DNA from: Patescibacteria group bacterium
GTDB taxonomy: Bacteria > Patescibacteriota > Minisyncoccia > Phycocordibacterales > Phycocordibacteraceae
Length of the DNA: 64,000 bases
Assembly (NCBI GenBank): GCA_038064495.1
Contig: JBBTSZ010000004.1
Coordinates: 5,363-69,362, forward strand
Reading direction: 5' to 3'
Below, one piece after another: positions 8,413 to 18,006 of this stretch. The first letter of the stretch is position 1; each line of letters opens with the position of its first letter. Made by a program: the position numbers and the translations under genes. The notes under the pieces were generated by a model. The model worked only from the letters and a program-made list of their open reading frames with translations. It did no database searches and was not told where the DNA came from.

Positions 8413-10125
8413 ATGGATGAAAATCAGGATCGCGTCACCTATTTTGCAGCGACTGATGCCAGAGGAAGAAAACAACCCTTCGGTATAAAAATGAAGGACC
8501 GTTCCCGTCACATGTATGTGATAGGAAAGACCGGCATGGGTAAATCAACTCTGCTTGAAAATATGGCGATTCAAGATATCCGTAATGGGGAAGGCATGGC
8601 CTTTATTGACCCACACGGAAGTGCAGTGGAAACACTTCTTGACTATATTCCTGCAAACCGTGTGAATGATATTGTCTACTTCGCTCCGTTTGATTTGGAA
8701 CGCCCGATAGCATTTAACGTGATGGAGGATGTGGGCTACGACAAGCGACACCTCGTGGTGTCGGGCCTCATGGCTACGTTTAAAAAGATCTGGGTAGATG
8801 CGTGGTCTGCTCGTATGGAGTACATTCTTTCAAACACACTGCTGGCACTTCTTGAGTACCCAGGCTCCACCTTGCTCGGGGTGAATCGCATGTACACCGA
8901 CAAGGGGTACCGCAAGAAGGTGATTGATAACGTGAAGGACCCCGTGGTGAAAGACTTCTGGGTGAAAGAATTTAATACGTACACCGATCGGTACACCCAG
9001 GAGGCGACACCGGCTATTCAAAACAAAATTGGGCAGTTCACGAGCAATCCACTCATTCGTAACATCATTGGTCAGCCACACTCCTCGTTTGATATTCGCG
9101 AGTTGATGGACAAAAGAAAGATTCTCATCATCAATCTTTCAAAGGGATTAGTGGGAGACACGAACATGAAGCTTCTTGGTTCCATGATTACCACGCGCAT
9201 CTTCCTTGGGGCTATGAGTCGTGCAAACCTGCCTCCCCACGAACTCGTGAAGGCACCTAATTTTTATTTTTACGTAGATGAATTCCAGAACTTCGCAAAC
9301 GAGACCTTCGCGGAAATTTTGTCTGAGGCTCGTAAATATCGTCTGAATCTTATTATTGCGCATCAATATGTGGAACAGATGGAAGAAGAGGTCGCGGCAG
9401 CAGTCTTCGGGAACGTGGGCACGACGGTCGCGTTCCGAGTTGGACCGTTTGATGCGGAAAAACTGGAAGTGGTGTTTGCTCCAGAATTTACCCCCGAGGA
9501 CCTCGTCAACCTCGGTTTCGCGCAGATTTACCTGAGTCTCATGATTGATGGCATTGGCTCCCGGCCTTTTTCTGCAGTTACCATTCCTCCGATAGAGCCA
9601 CCGAAGCGCTCGTATCGTCCTGAAGTGATTGAAGCATCGCGCGCACAATTTAGCGGAGCACGTGAGTCAGTGGAGGGGTTGATTTACGAGGAGCTTGCTA
9701 TGAGTGAGGCTCTTCCGCCTGAACCACCTGCAAAAAAGACCTACCCACCAAAGCGAGTAGAAAATCGAGAACCCAGACTAGAACAACCGAGGCGTGAAGA
9801 GCGACCACCTGAACGACCTCGTCCAGAGGCTCGTAGACCTGAGCGTGAAAAACGTTCTGAACCTCCGCAACAGAGCGTACAAGACCTGAAAGCTATTTTA
9901 CGAGCCACTCTTGAAAAGAGTACTAAAGCAAAAGACATAACACGAGAAGAAAGAACAGGAACCCTCAAAAGCGCACTTTCAGGTGTCGTTCAAAATTCTC
10001 CCGAGCTGAAAAAAGAAGTATCACCGGCACCTTCGCTGCGTGCACATGAATCAAAACCTAAGGCGGAATCTGTGTTTGAGATTCCAGAAGAAGTATTACG
10101 CGACCTTTTCAAAAAGGAACTCTAG
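8413..10125 (+). CDS. VirD4/TraD-like coupling ATPase (HerA/FtsK superfamily)
   Basis: Walker A GKTGMGKS, FIDPHG, Walker B YVDEFQNF, LSEARKY..AHQY..GNVGT..FRVG. Charged low-complexity C-terminal tail. Confidence 0.85.
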   Translation: MDENQDRVTYFAATDARGRKQPFGIKMKDRSRHMYVIGKTGMGKSTLLENMAIQDIRNGEGMAFIDPHGSAVETLLDYIPANRVNDIVYFAPFDLERPIAFNVMEDVGYDKRHLVVSGLMATFKKIWVDAWSARMEYILSNTLLALLEYPGSTLLGVNRMYTDKGYRKKVIDNVKDPVVKDFWVKEFNTYTDRYTQEATPAIQNKIGQFTSNPLIRNIIGQPHSSFDIRELMDKRKILIINLSKGLVGDTNMKLLGSMITTRIFLGAMSRANLPPHELVKAPNFYFYVDEFQNFANETFAEILSEARKYRLNLIIAHQYVEQMEEEVAAAVFGNVGTTVAFRVGPFDAEKLEVVFAPEFTPEDLVNLGFAQIYLSLMIDGIGSRPFSAVTIPPIEPPKRSYRPEVIEASRAQFSGARESVEGLIYEELAMSEALPPEPPAKKTYPPKRVENREPRLEQPRREERPPERPRPEARRPEREKRSEPPQQSVQDLKAILRATLEKSTKAKDITREERTGTLKSALSGVVQNSPELKKEVSPAPSLRAHESKPKAESVFEIPEEVLRDLFKKEL

Positions 10126-10214
10126 ATTTGAAACTTTTTTGAGGGTTCTTGAGTACTAGTAAGTACAGAACATTACGAACGAATAACCACCGAATGATAT
10201 GGTGAATGCACTCT

Positions 10215-10254
10215 TGGCCCCTCCGCTCTAGCAACCACTAGAGCGGAGGGGCCA
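10215..10254. repeat. Perfect 17-bp GC-rich inverted repeat
   Basis: TGGCCCCTCCGCTCTAG-caacca-CTAGAGCGGAGGGGCCA, with no U-tract on either side. Confidence 0.85.
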
Positions 10255-10303
10255 CCTGTTGCTCGTCCTCTGGTACTCTCGTATCCTACAGACAACTACT
10301 GAT

Positions 10304-11542
10304 ATGAAGCGTATACTCATCTTCTCGTTAAACTACTATCCCGACTTTGTTGGGGGTGCTGAGGTAGCAATTAAGGAGATTACCGACCGTCTGCCGCAGG
10401 AGGAATTTGAATTCCACGTCATAACGCTTCGTTTTAATAGAAACCTTCCAAAGGAAGAAAAAATCGGGAATGTGTCCGTACATCGTATCGGTTTCAGTCT
10501 ACGGGGCGCTACCATACACGACCTTGGTCGGTATCCACTCAAACTCAATAAATACTGGTTTCAGTTCGCAGCAGCGTGGCATGCGCTACGCCTCCACCGG
10601 AAGATCCCCTGTGACGCAATCTGGGCCATGATGGCTCACTCGAGCGCTATTCCAGCAGGACTTTTTAAACGCCTTCACCCGAGTGTCCCGTACCTCCTTA
10701 CCCTTCAGGAAGGAGACCCCCCCGAGTATATAGAACAACAGATGCGAACTGTGTGGCCACTGTTCATCCGAGGAGTGAGAAGCGCTGACTTCATTCAATC
10801 CATCTCAATCTATCTTCAAGCGTGGGGAAGGCGACTACGACCAACCGGGGAGTCCGTTGTTATACCAAACGGGGTTGATATACAGCTGTTTTCTCAAAAA
10901 CCAAACACACCAGCACTCACCGCGTATAAGAACACACTTGGTAAGAAAAAAACGGACATCTATCTCGTGACTACCTCACGACTCGTATTTAAAAACGGCA
11001 TCGATACGGTTATTCGAGCACTTCCAAAACTTCAAGAACACATCTCGTTTCTTATTTATGGAAACGGACCTGACGAGAAGAAGCTACGAATGCTCGTAGA
11101 AGAAATCGGTGTCACATCGCGCGTTCGGTTCATGGGTTACATCTCGCACGCGGACATGCCGCTTGCGCTTAGTGCTTCAGATATTTTTATTCGACCATCA
11201 CGCTCAGAAGGTATGGGCAATTCTTTTATAGAAGCTATGGCAACAGGTGTGCCGGTCATTGCAACTCGTGAAGGTGGCATCCCTGACTTTCTTTTTGATT
11301 CTAAGAACCATCCGGAACAACCTCAGACCGGCTGGTCAGTGAATACCGACGATCCTGATGATGTTGCCCGTATTGTTAATGCCATACTCGCTTCTCCTGA
11401 CACAGTTCGTACCGTGACTCAAAACGCACAAACGCTTGTGACAGAGAAATACGACTGGAACACGGTCGCACGCTCTATCCAGGAACTCTTAGAGAACCTA
11501 ACAAAGGTCTCCGCAATGGGAGGCGAGAACAGGGTACAATAG
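10304..11542 (+). CDS. Glycosyltransferase family 4
   Basis: YYP..GGAE N-terminus; RPSRSEGMGNSFIEAMATGVPVI (EX7E). ATG 10304 preferred over the TTG start. Confidence 0.9.
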   Translation: MKRILIFSLNYYPDFVGGAEVAIKEITDRLPQEEFEFHVITLRFNRNLPKEEKIGNVSVHRIGFSLRGATIHDLGRYPLKLNKYWFQFAAAWHALRLHRKIPCDAIWAMMAHSSAIPAGLFKRLHPSVPYLLTLQEGDPPEYIEQQMRTVWPLFIRGVRSADFIQSISIYLQAWGRRLRPTGESVVIPNGVDIQLFSQKPNTPALTAYKNTLGKKKTDIYLVTTSRLVFKNGIDTVIRALPKLQEHISFLIYGNGPDEKKLRMLVEEIGVTSRVRFMGYISHADMPLALSASDIFIRPSRSEGMGNSFIEAMATGVPVIATREGGIPDFLFDSKNHPEQPQTGWSVNTDDPDDVARIVNAILASPDTVRTVTQNAQTLVTEKYDWNTVARSIQELLENLTKVSAMGGENRVQ

Positions 11543-11547
11543 CCATC

Positions 11548-12645
11548 ATGCGGGTTCTGATAGCCACACCCCTATATCCACCCGAGCTTGGTGGACCAGC
11601 AACCTACTCAAAAATCCTTGAAGAAGGATTACCTGTCCGTGACATAGCCGTTACACTCCTTGCCTTTAGCGAAGTGCGTCATCAGCCGAAAATTTTTCGA
11701 CACCTGCTCTATTTTTGGAAAGCCCTTCAGCTCGCACGCGCTGTTGATGTTGTGCTCGCACTTGACCCAGTCTCAGTCGGTCTGCCAGCGTACCTTGCGG
11801 CACGGCTGGCAGGGAAGAAATTTGTCGTAAAAGTGGTGGGGGACTACGCCTGGGAACAGGGACGTCAACGGTTCGGCATCTGGCTTCCGCTTGATGAATT
11901 TGTCCGCACCAAGGAAGTTCCTTTGCAGGTATTGCTACGACGTACGGTGCAAGAGTTTGTGACACGCAGAGCCCTCCGGGTGATTGTCCCGAGTAACTAC
12001 CTGAAACACATCATACAGTTCTGGGGTATTCCTCAAGAGAAAGTCAGCGTTATTCATAATGCCGTTGCAAGTACGAAGCCGAGTACGGTTCCAAGTGTGG
12101 TCGCCGACTCAGGAACACCAAGAATTATTAGTGTCGGGCGACTTGTTCCGTGGAAAGGCATGCACGGACTCATTAGTGCAATGCCTGAAATACGAACGCA
12201 CGTTCCAACCGCGGAGCTTATCATTGTGGGTGAAGGACCTGACCAGGAACAGCTTGAACGATTTGCTGAAGCGCGTGTTCCAGGAGGTGTGGTGTTTACC
12301 GGAGCCCTTCCTCATGACGAAACCTTGGCAGCAATCGCCGCATCAGATGTTGTGGTACTTAATTCAACCTACGAAGGACTCTCACATCTCCTCATTGAGG
12401 CCCTAACTCAGGGGTCTGCCGTAGTGGCAACAAAGGCTGGCGGAAACCCAGAACTGATTGAATCTGAGAAAAATGGTCTCCTCATTTCTATTGGCGACCC
12501 TGAAGGTCTTGCTCGCGCCTGTGTTCGTCTCCTTACCGACACTGCCTTTGCCGGGAGGCTTAAGATGGAAGCAAAAAAATCAATGCAGGACTTTAGTCAG
12601 GAGCGGATGCTCTTGGCTACGGAAACCCTTCTGCGAGGCGTATGA
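11548..12645 (+). CDS. Glycosyltransferase family 4
   Basis: YPPELGGPATY; VGRLVPWKG; NSTYEGLSHLLIEA. Confidence 0.9.
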   Translation: MRVLIATPLYPPELGGPATYSKILEEGLPVRDIAVTLLAFSEVRHQPKIFRHLLYFWKALQLARAVDVVLALDPVSVGLPAYLAARLAGKKFVVKVVGDYAWEQGRQRFGIWLPLDEFVRTKEVPLQVLLRRTVQEFVTRRALRVIVPSNYLKHIIQFWGIPQEKVSVIHNAVASTKPSTVPSVVADSGTPRIISVGRLVPWKGMHGLISAMPEIRTHVPTAELIIVGEGPDQEQLERFAEARVPGGVVFTGALPHDETLAAIAASDVVVLNSTYEGLSHLLIEALTQGSAVVATKAGGNPELIESEKNGLLISIGDPEGLARACVRLLTDTAFAGRLKMEAKKSMQDFSQERMLLATETLLRGV

Positions 12646-13760
12646 ATGTCCTCTTCATCTCAAACGACCCCTCCCTTTGTCTTCCTGAGAGTTCTGCTCG
12701 CACTCGCCTGAAAGGGTATGCCCGCACAATCGGCACGTTGCATGTGCTCACTCCTGCAAAAGAGAATCTTGAAGTAACTGATGAGAATCTCACCATTCAT
12801 GGTGTTCGTGGAAGCGCGGTTACTACATACCGTTCGCGTCTCAAGCGTGGACGTGCCCTCGTGCAGGATGCAGAGATAGAGATAGTCTCAGCACAGGACC
12901 CATTTGAAAACGGATGGCTTGCTCGCGCAATCACTCGTGGCACGAAAGCAAAACTCCATCTACAACTCCATACCGACTTCCTCTCACCCTGGTTTGTACG
13001 AACAGGGTCACTGAGTATGTCATTCAAAAATCGCGTGCGCAGAATGATTGCTGACATATTACTGCCGCAAGCAGACGGTATCCGTGTGGTTTCCGAGCGT
13101 ATCAAGACATCACTCGCTACTCGGTACGCTAATCGTATTCAATCGGTAACCGTACTCCCGATTGCGGTGAGCACTACGGTTCCAGAACGTGCGGAACTTC
13201 CACCGCATTCGTTTCAAACCGTCCTCGTAACCATCGGTAGACTTGAAGCAGAAAAGCATATAGACGATATCTTGCGGGCACTTTCAAAAACACCATCCTC
13301 CGTCGGTCTCTTTGTTATTGGAGAGGGGAGACTCCGTGCTTCTCTTGTTAGGCGTACCCGTGAGTTGCATATATCTGACCGAGTAAGCTTTCTGGGTGCT
13401 CAGACTAACGCCTGGGGACTTATGCAAAGTGCGGATGCCTATATTCAAGCAAGTGTATATGAAGGCTATGGGATGACGCTCGTAGAGGCGGCACTTTCCG
13501 GGGTGTCGATTATCACCACCGACGTCGGGATTGTGGGGGAGGTGCTTACGCCAAAGAAGGATGTTGTGGCAGTATCTCCTGGCGATATCAAGGGCCTTAC
13601 AAGTGCCATTACTGGCCTCACAGGGCCCCTGACAGAGCGAGAGACACGTAGAGCGAACGCTCGCAACTCAGTACAGTCTCATCTGAGCGCGTATCAAAAT
13701 CTAGCCAGTTTAATCACGAGCGACCTTTCGAGGCTTCTTGCTGGTTCTACAAGAGCATGA
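12642..13760 (+). CDS. Glycosyltransferase family 4
   Basis: IGRLEAEK; SVYEGYGMTLVEAA. Confidence 0.9.
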   Translation: MNVLFISNDPSLCLPESSARTRLKGYARTIGTLHVLTPAKENLEVTDENLTIHGVRGSAVTTYRSRLKRGRALVQDAEIEIVSAQDPFENGWLARAITRGTKAKLHLQLHTDFLSPWFVRTGSLSMSFKNRVRRMIADILLPQADGIRVVSERIKTSLATRYANRIQSVTVLPIAVSTTVPERAELPPHSFQTVLVTIGRLEAEKHIDDILRALSKTPSSVGLFVIGEGRLRASLVRRTRELHISDRVSFLGAQTNAWGLMQSADAYIQASVYEGYGMTLVEAALSGVSIITTDVGIVGEVLTPKKDVVAVSPGDIKGLTSAITGLTGPLTERETRRANARNSVQSHLSAYQNLASLITSDLSRLLAGSTRA

Positions 13761-14272
13761 CCTACTTCGTCGACTTTGACCGAACCCTTTTTGATACCGA
13801 CCGCTTCCAGAAGGACTACGCGGAGCAACTTTCCCTTGCCGAGGAAGAACCGGGAGTTATTCACCGGGCGCTCGTGAAACTTTTGGCGGAGGGAAATCTC
13901 ACCTTTACGCAAGGAGAACTTACTCCCTACCTCTATGCAGACGCAGCAGAATTCTTACGAGGACTCGGGAACGAAGCTACTATTATCACTCGTGGGGATA
14001 TCGCGTTTCAAACAGCAAAAGTAAAAAGTGCGCTTGTCGGCATTCCGCGCCTCAGTGTGTTTTACACAGGTGAAAACAGCAAGGCTGCATACCTTGCTCC
14101 ACGGATTGATGCCTACCGAGATCCGGTGCTTGTTGACGATAAGCCTCTTGAGCTTGAGATACTGGCAACTACCTGTCCGACACTCCGTTTGTACGAAATG
14201 CGTAGAGATGGAGAGAAAGGGGACGGGCGGTGGTCTATCGTACAGTCACTCGGAGAGCTACCTTCAACATGA
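13757..14272 (+). CDS. HAD-superfamily hydrolase
   Basis: Motif I DFDRTL and motif IV LVDD. Confidence 0.8.
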   Translation: MTYFVDFDRTLFDTDRFQKDYAEQLSLAEEEPGVIHRALVKLLAEGNLTFTQGELTPYLYADAAEFLRGLGNEATIITRGDIAFQTAKVKSALVGIPRLSVFYTGENSKAAYLAPRIDAYRDPVLVDDKPLELEILATTCPTLRLYEMRRDGEKGDGRWSIVQSLGELPST

Positions 14273-15312
14273 GATTACTTATTGTCACGCAGAAAGTAGA
14301 TCGCGAAGACCCCATCCTCGGGTTCTTTCACACGTGGCTTCTTGAATTTGCTAAGCAGGTGGAATCACTCACGGTGATATGTCTCTCTGAAGGAGTCCAC
14401 TCGCTTCCAGAAAATGTCACGGTCTATTCCCTCGGTAAGGAAGAAGGAGAGCGTTCTTTACTCTTGTATAGTTTTGATTTTCTACAGCGTGTCATCAGAC
14501 TACGCGATACCTATGACACGGTGTTTGTGCACATGAATCCTGAATACCTCATTCTGGCCGGTGCTTTCTGGAGAGTCACGGGCAAGCGTACGGCGCTCTG
14601 GTATATGCACAAGGAGGTCTCGTGGCGCCTTCGGCTCGGTGTCTTCTTTGCTCATGACGTGTTTACCGCAACGAAGGAGAGTATGCGCCTAGATACGCGT
14701 AAGAAACGGGTCATGGGCCATGGTATTGATACAGACACTATTCCTGAACTTACTCCACCAAACTATCCACCACTCCACCTTGTTTCGGTGAGTCGTATTT
14801 CTCGCATCAAGCGCCTTCATATTCTTATTGAAACCGTCTCGCAACTCCTTGAGGGAGGCATAGAAGCTGAACTCACCCTTATTGGTGGACCGGTAACGGA
14901 CGACGACGAGGTGTATCTCAAGGAGCTCCATGGTCAAGCCGAGGCGCTTGGCTCTGCAGTCCGCATTCGGTTTATGGGGCCGGTAGAGCGCTCCGAGCTA
15001 CGCTACGTGTTTGAAGACGCTCACCTGTTTCTCCACGCCTCAGCTACCGGCTCGCTTGATAAAGCATCACTAGAACCACTACTTGCGGGTGTACCGGTCA
15101 TTACGGTTTCAGAAGAGCTTGCGGAACTTTCACTTCCGGGCATTCTCCTTGCCGCACCAAATGCTGAGGCGTTTACGAGTGTGGTCCGCAAAGCAATTGG
15201 CACACGCCTCTGGGACGATACGGAGATACGGGCATCTTCAAGAGCCTATGTTATGGAACAGCATGACGTCGCAAAACTCATTCCACGCATACTTGCTATA
15301 GTACAAACCTAG
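14269..15312 (+). CDS. Glycosyltransferase family 4
   Basis: GHGID, VSRISRIK, SATGSLDKASLE. ATG 14269 overlaps the upstream stop (ATGA). Confidence 0.85.
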   Translation: MRLLIVTQKVDREDPILGFFHTWLLEFAKQVESLTVICLSEGVHSLPENVTVYSLGKEEGERSLLLYSFDFLQRVIRLRDTYDTVFVHMNPEYLILAGAFWRVTGKRTALWYMHKEVSWRLRLGVFFAHDVFTATKESMRLDTRKKRVMGHGIDTDTIPELTPPNYPPLHLVSVSRISRIKRLHILIETVSQLLEGGIEAELTLIGGPVTDDDEVYLKELHGQAEALGSAVRIRFMGPVERSELRYVFEDAHLFLHASATGSLDKASLEPLLAGVPVITVSEELAELSLPGILLAAPNAEAFTSVVRKAIGTRLWDDTEIRASSRAYVMEQHDVAKLIPRILAIVQT

Positions 15313-15314
15313 CT

Positions 15315-15950
15315 ATGGACGCTCCACAAACAGACAAATCGCATTACGCTATCGGCTCCTACGGATTTGAGGGCAGATTTGTGAGTTATTTTCACCAGCT
15401 ACACGAAGTGCTTTCACTGAAACCAAGAACCATTCTTGAAGTTGGGGTAGGGGACCGCGTGTTCGGCGATTTTATTAGAAACAACACAGGTGTGGGCTAT
15501 ACCTCAGTTGATATCGCTCCCGATCTCCATCCGGACGTGCTTGGAAGTGTGACAAAACTTCCATTTGCCGACAACTCGTTTGATGTGGTGTGTGCCTTTG
15601 AAGTCCTAGAACACCTTCCGTTTGAGGAGTTTGATGTCGCACTTTCTGAACTTGCTCGTGTTGCCAAGCGCGCCGTTATCCTTTCACTTCCGCATTTTGG
15701 TCCTATGCTCTCGTTCTCTCTAAAGGTTCCGTTCATTCCTCAGCTTCAGTGCGCAGTGAAGCTCCCGGTGTCTCGCACACATGCATTCAACGGTCAGCAT
15801 TATTGGGAAATTGGGAAGCGAGGATATCCACTCAGCCTCATTCGCACCAAGCTACACACGATCGGCGTACGTACCAAAGATTTCATTCCGTTCAACAGTC
15901 CATATCATCATTTCTTTACTATTGATGTTTCCAAACAACGCGGCGTATGA
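15315..15950 (+). CDS. Class I SAM-dependent methyltransferase
   Basis: ILEVGVG; LPFADNSFDVVCAFEVLEHLP. Confidence 0.9.
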   Translation: MDAPQTDKSHYAIGSYGFEGRFVSYFHQLHEVLSLKPRTILEVGVGDRVFGDFIRNNTGVGYTSVDIAPDLHPDVLGSVTKLPFADNSFDVVCAFEVLEHLPFEEFDVALSELARVAKRAVILSLPHFGPMLSFSLKVPFIPQLQCAVKLPVSRTHAFNGQHYWEIGKRGYPLSLIRTKLHTIGVRTKDFIPFNSPYHHFFTIDVSKQRGV

Positions 15951-16960
15951 AGTACGCGTACCTCTACGGCGGAGCCATCGGGGATTCTTTAGTCGGTCTT
16001 CACCTCGGGCGTGCACTTCACGAGCGCCTACCTGGGTCACATTTAATTCTTATCTCAACACGTCGAAGTCCATTTGTTCGTGAATTGGCAGAAACACTTC
16101 CGTATGTTCACTACCAGGAATTAATAAAAGAGGATCCCCGAACATGGTGGTTTTTTATGTTGCTTGCAATAACACCTTCGTCTATTTTTGTGTTTGAGCC
16201 GACCGATGTTTCGGTTCCGAGGTGGTGGAAACTTATCTTACGAGTAGCGACCGTGCTCCCCGGCAGTAAAGAAGTACACAGTCAGCTTATCGGTCATGAA
16301 CGAGCCGTACGTGCGCGGGTAGTGACGAGTATTGTTGGTCCCGAGGACAATCTCTTTATGGTTAATGTGCCACGAACTCTTCGTGCATGGGCAGTAGACC
16401 CGGGAGATGCACTAACGCCATTTCTACCGAGACCAAAGTGCAAGACTCCAGAGAAACCGAATATCCTCTTTCATTTCTTTGCCGCTAGTTATCGTCGTAG
16501 CTATCCCGTTGATAAAGCACGCAGTGTGCTTGAGCACGCACGCACACTGTTTCCTACCTACGAGTTTATTCTCAGCGCAACACCAGACGAACGTGAGCGA
16601 GCTGAAGCTATGGCAAAAGGCATTCCCGATATTCGGATTGAAACAGAGTTATCTGCGTCCGAACTCCTTTGTTACTTACAAAACGCCACCGTTGTGGTCG
16701 GTGTTGCTTCGGGAGTAACGCACCTTGCTTCACATCTTGGGAAACCAGTCATTGCACTTTCCAACCTCTCTGATCCGTATTGGCTGCCGACCTATGCACC
16801 AAAGACGATTATTCTTGCTAATCGTGAGCACTGTCGGTGCAAGGGGAACAAGCAGGGAGACTGTGTAGAGGATACTCCCGACGGGGAAGTGTTCAGATGT
16901 CTCTACTATATATCGACAGAATCGATACTTGAGGCCATGCAAGCAACGCACGCGCTATGA
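15947..16960 (+). CDS. Glycosyltransferase family 9 (heptosyltransferase-like)
   Basis: AIGD N-terminal motif; VVGVASGVTHLASHLGKPVIAL; Cys-rich C-terminus. Confidence 0.75.
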   Translation: MKYAYLYGGAIGDSLVGLHLGRALHERLPGSHLILISTRRSPFVRELAETLPYVHYQELIKEDPRTWWFFMLLAITPSSIFVFEPTDVSVPRWWKLILRVATVLPGSKEVHSQLIGHERAVRARVVTSIVGPEDNLFMVNVPRTLRAWAVDPGDALTPFLPRPKCKTPEKPNILFHFFAASYRRSYPVDKARSVLEHARTLFPTYEFILSATPDERERAEAMAKGIPDIRIETELSASELLCYLQNATVVVGVASGVTHLASHLGKPVIALSNLSDPYWLPTYAPKTIILANREHCRCKGNKQGDCVEDTPDGEVFRCLYYISTESILEAMQATHAL

Positions 16961-18006
16961 GTACACACTTTTACCTACCTAAACCGTGTGACTCCATGCC
17001 GATTCATAACCTGTTTTACTTCAGGTTCCAGCCGGTGGACCTTAAAACAAATGTATTCAACGAACCACCCTTTGAAAACTTCTTTGAGACGGTCTCGCTC
17101 GTGAACGAGGTCGAGACTGCAGACGCGATCATACTTCCAAACAACTTCGCCTCACTGGATGATGATGCGCGAACATACATACGCACGTATGCAGATATGG
17201 GTGAACGTTTCCGTATCCCAGTCTATCTGCTTTCTTTCAGCGACTATTCCTATCGGCTTGTCTTTGACTCCCGTGTACGAGTATTCCGTATGTCGAGCTA
17301 CAAGAGTTTAATGCGAGACACCGATATCATTGTTCCGACAACCGCTCGCAGGTTTGAAGAAATCCCATTTGTGCCGAGGAAAAAACAAGAACTACCCATG
17401 GTTTCTTTCTGTGGTTATGCAGGATTTAAAACAGCACGACAATGGGTTACCTATGGCGCTCGAAATCTATGGTGGGAAGTTCGTGCGCTTTGTATACCTC
17501 ACTACCGGGCACGGAAAGTTGGTATTTACTGGCGTAGGGCGTCCATGCGAGCGCTTGCAGGTTCGGGGCGTATTCGCACGAACTTCATTGTTCGTCGGAG
17601 TTTCTCAGGAGCTGTCCGTACCATAGAACTTTCACCTGCCGAAGCACGAGCAGAATTCATAGACAGCATCGTCAACAGTGACTTTGTGCTTGCTCCAAAG
17701 GGAGATGGGAACTATTCAAATCGCTTTCTTGAAGCACTTTCCCTTGGTCGGATTCCGGTGCTTATTGATACTGATGTACCGCTTCCGTGCGAAAACGTCA
17801 TACCATACGAGAAAATTATGGTTCGAGTCCCTATGCAAGAGGTACATAAGACCGCTGAGTACGTCAGTAGATTTTACGATGCGTTGAGTGAACCTGAATG
17901 GGTGGAACGACAAGCACTTGCACGCACTATGTTCAGAGACTATCTCGAACAAAAGCAGTTCTTTCAGAATTATTTTGCGACTCATCCGACAACCGTACGT
18001 CCATGA
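16957..18006 (+). CDS. Exostosin-family (GT47) glycosyltransferase
   Basis: SDFVLAPKGDGNYSNRFLEALSLGRIPVLI..LP. Confidence 0.8.
   Translation: MSTHFYLPKPCDSMPIHNLFYFRFQPVDLKTNVFNEPPFENFFETVSLVNEVETADAIILPNNFASLDDDARTYIRTYADMGERFRIPVYLLSFSDYSYRLVFDSRVRVFRMSSYKSLMRDTDIIVPTTARRFEEIPFVPRKKQELPMVSFCGYAGFKTARQWVTYGARNLWWEVRALCIPHYRARKVGIYWRRASMRALAGSGRIRTNFIVRRSFSGAVRTIELSPAEARAEFIDSIVNSDFVLAPKGDGNYSNRFLEALSLGRIPVLIDTDVPLPCENVIPYEKIMVRVPMQEVHKTAEYVSRFYDALSEPEWVERQALARTMFRDYLEQKQFFQNYFATHPTTVRP

Noticed and set aside
8413-10125. Conjugative element / ICE
   Set aside because: No relaxase, integrase, VirB genes or att sites are visible.
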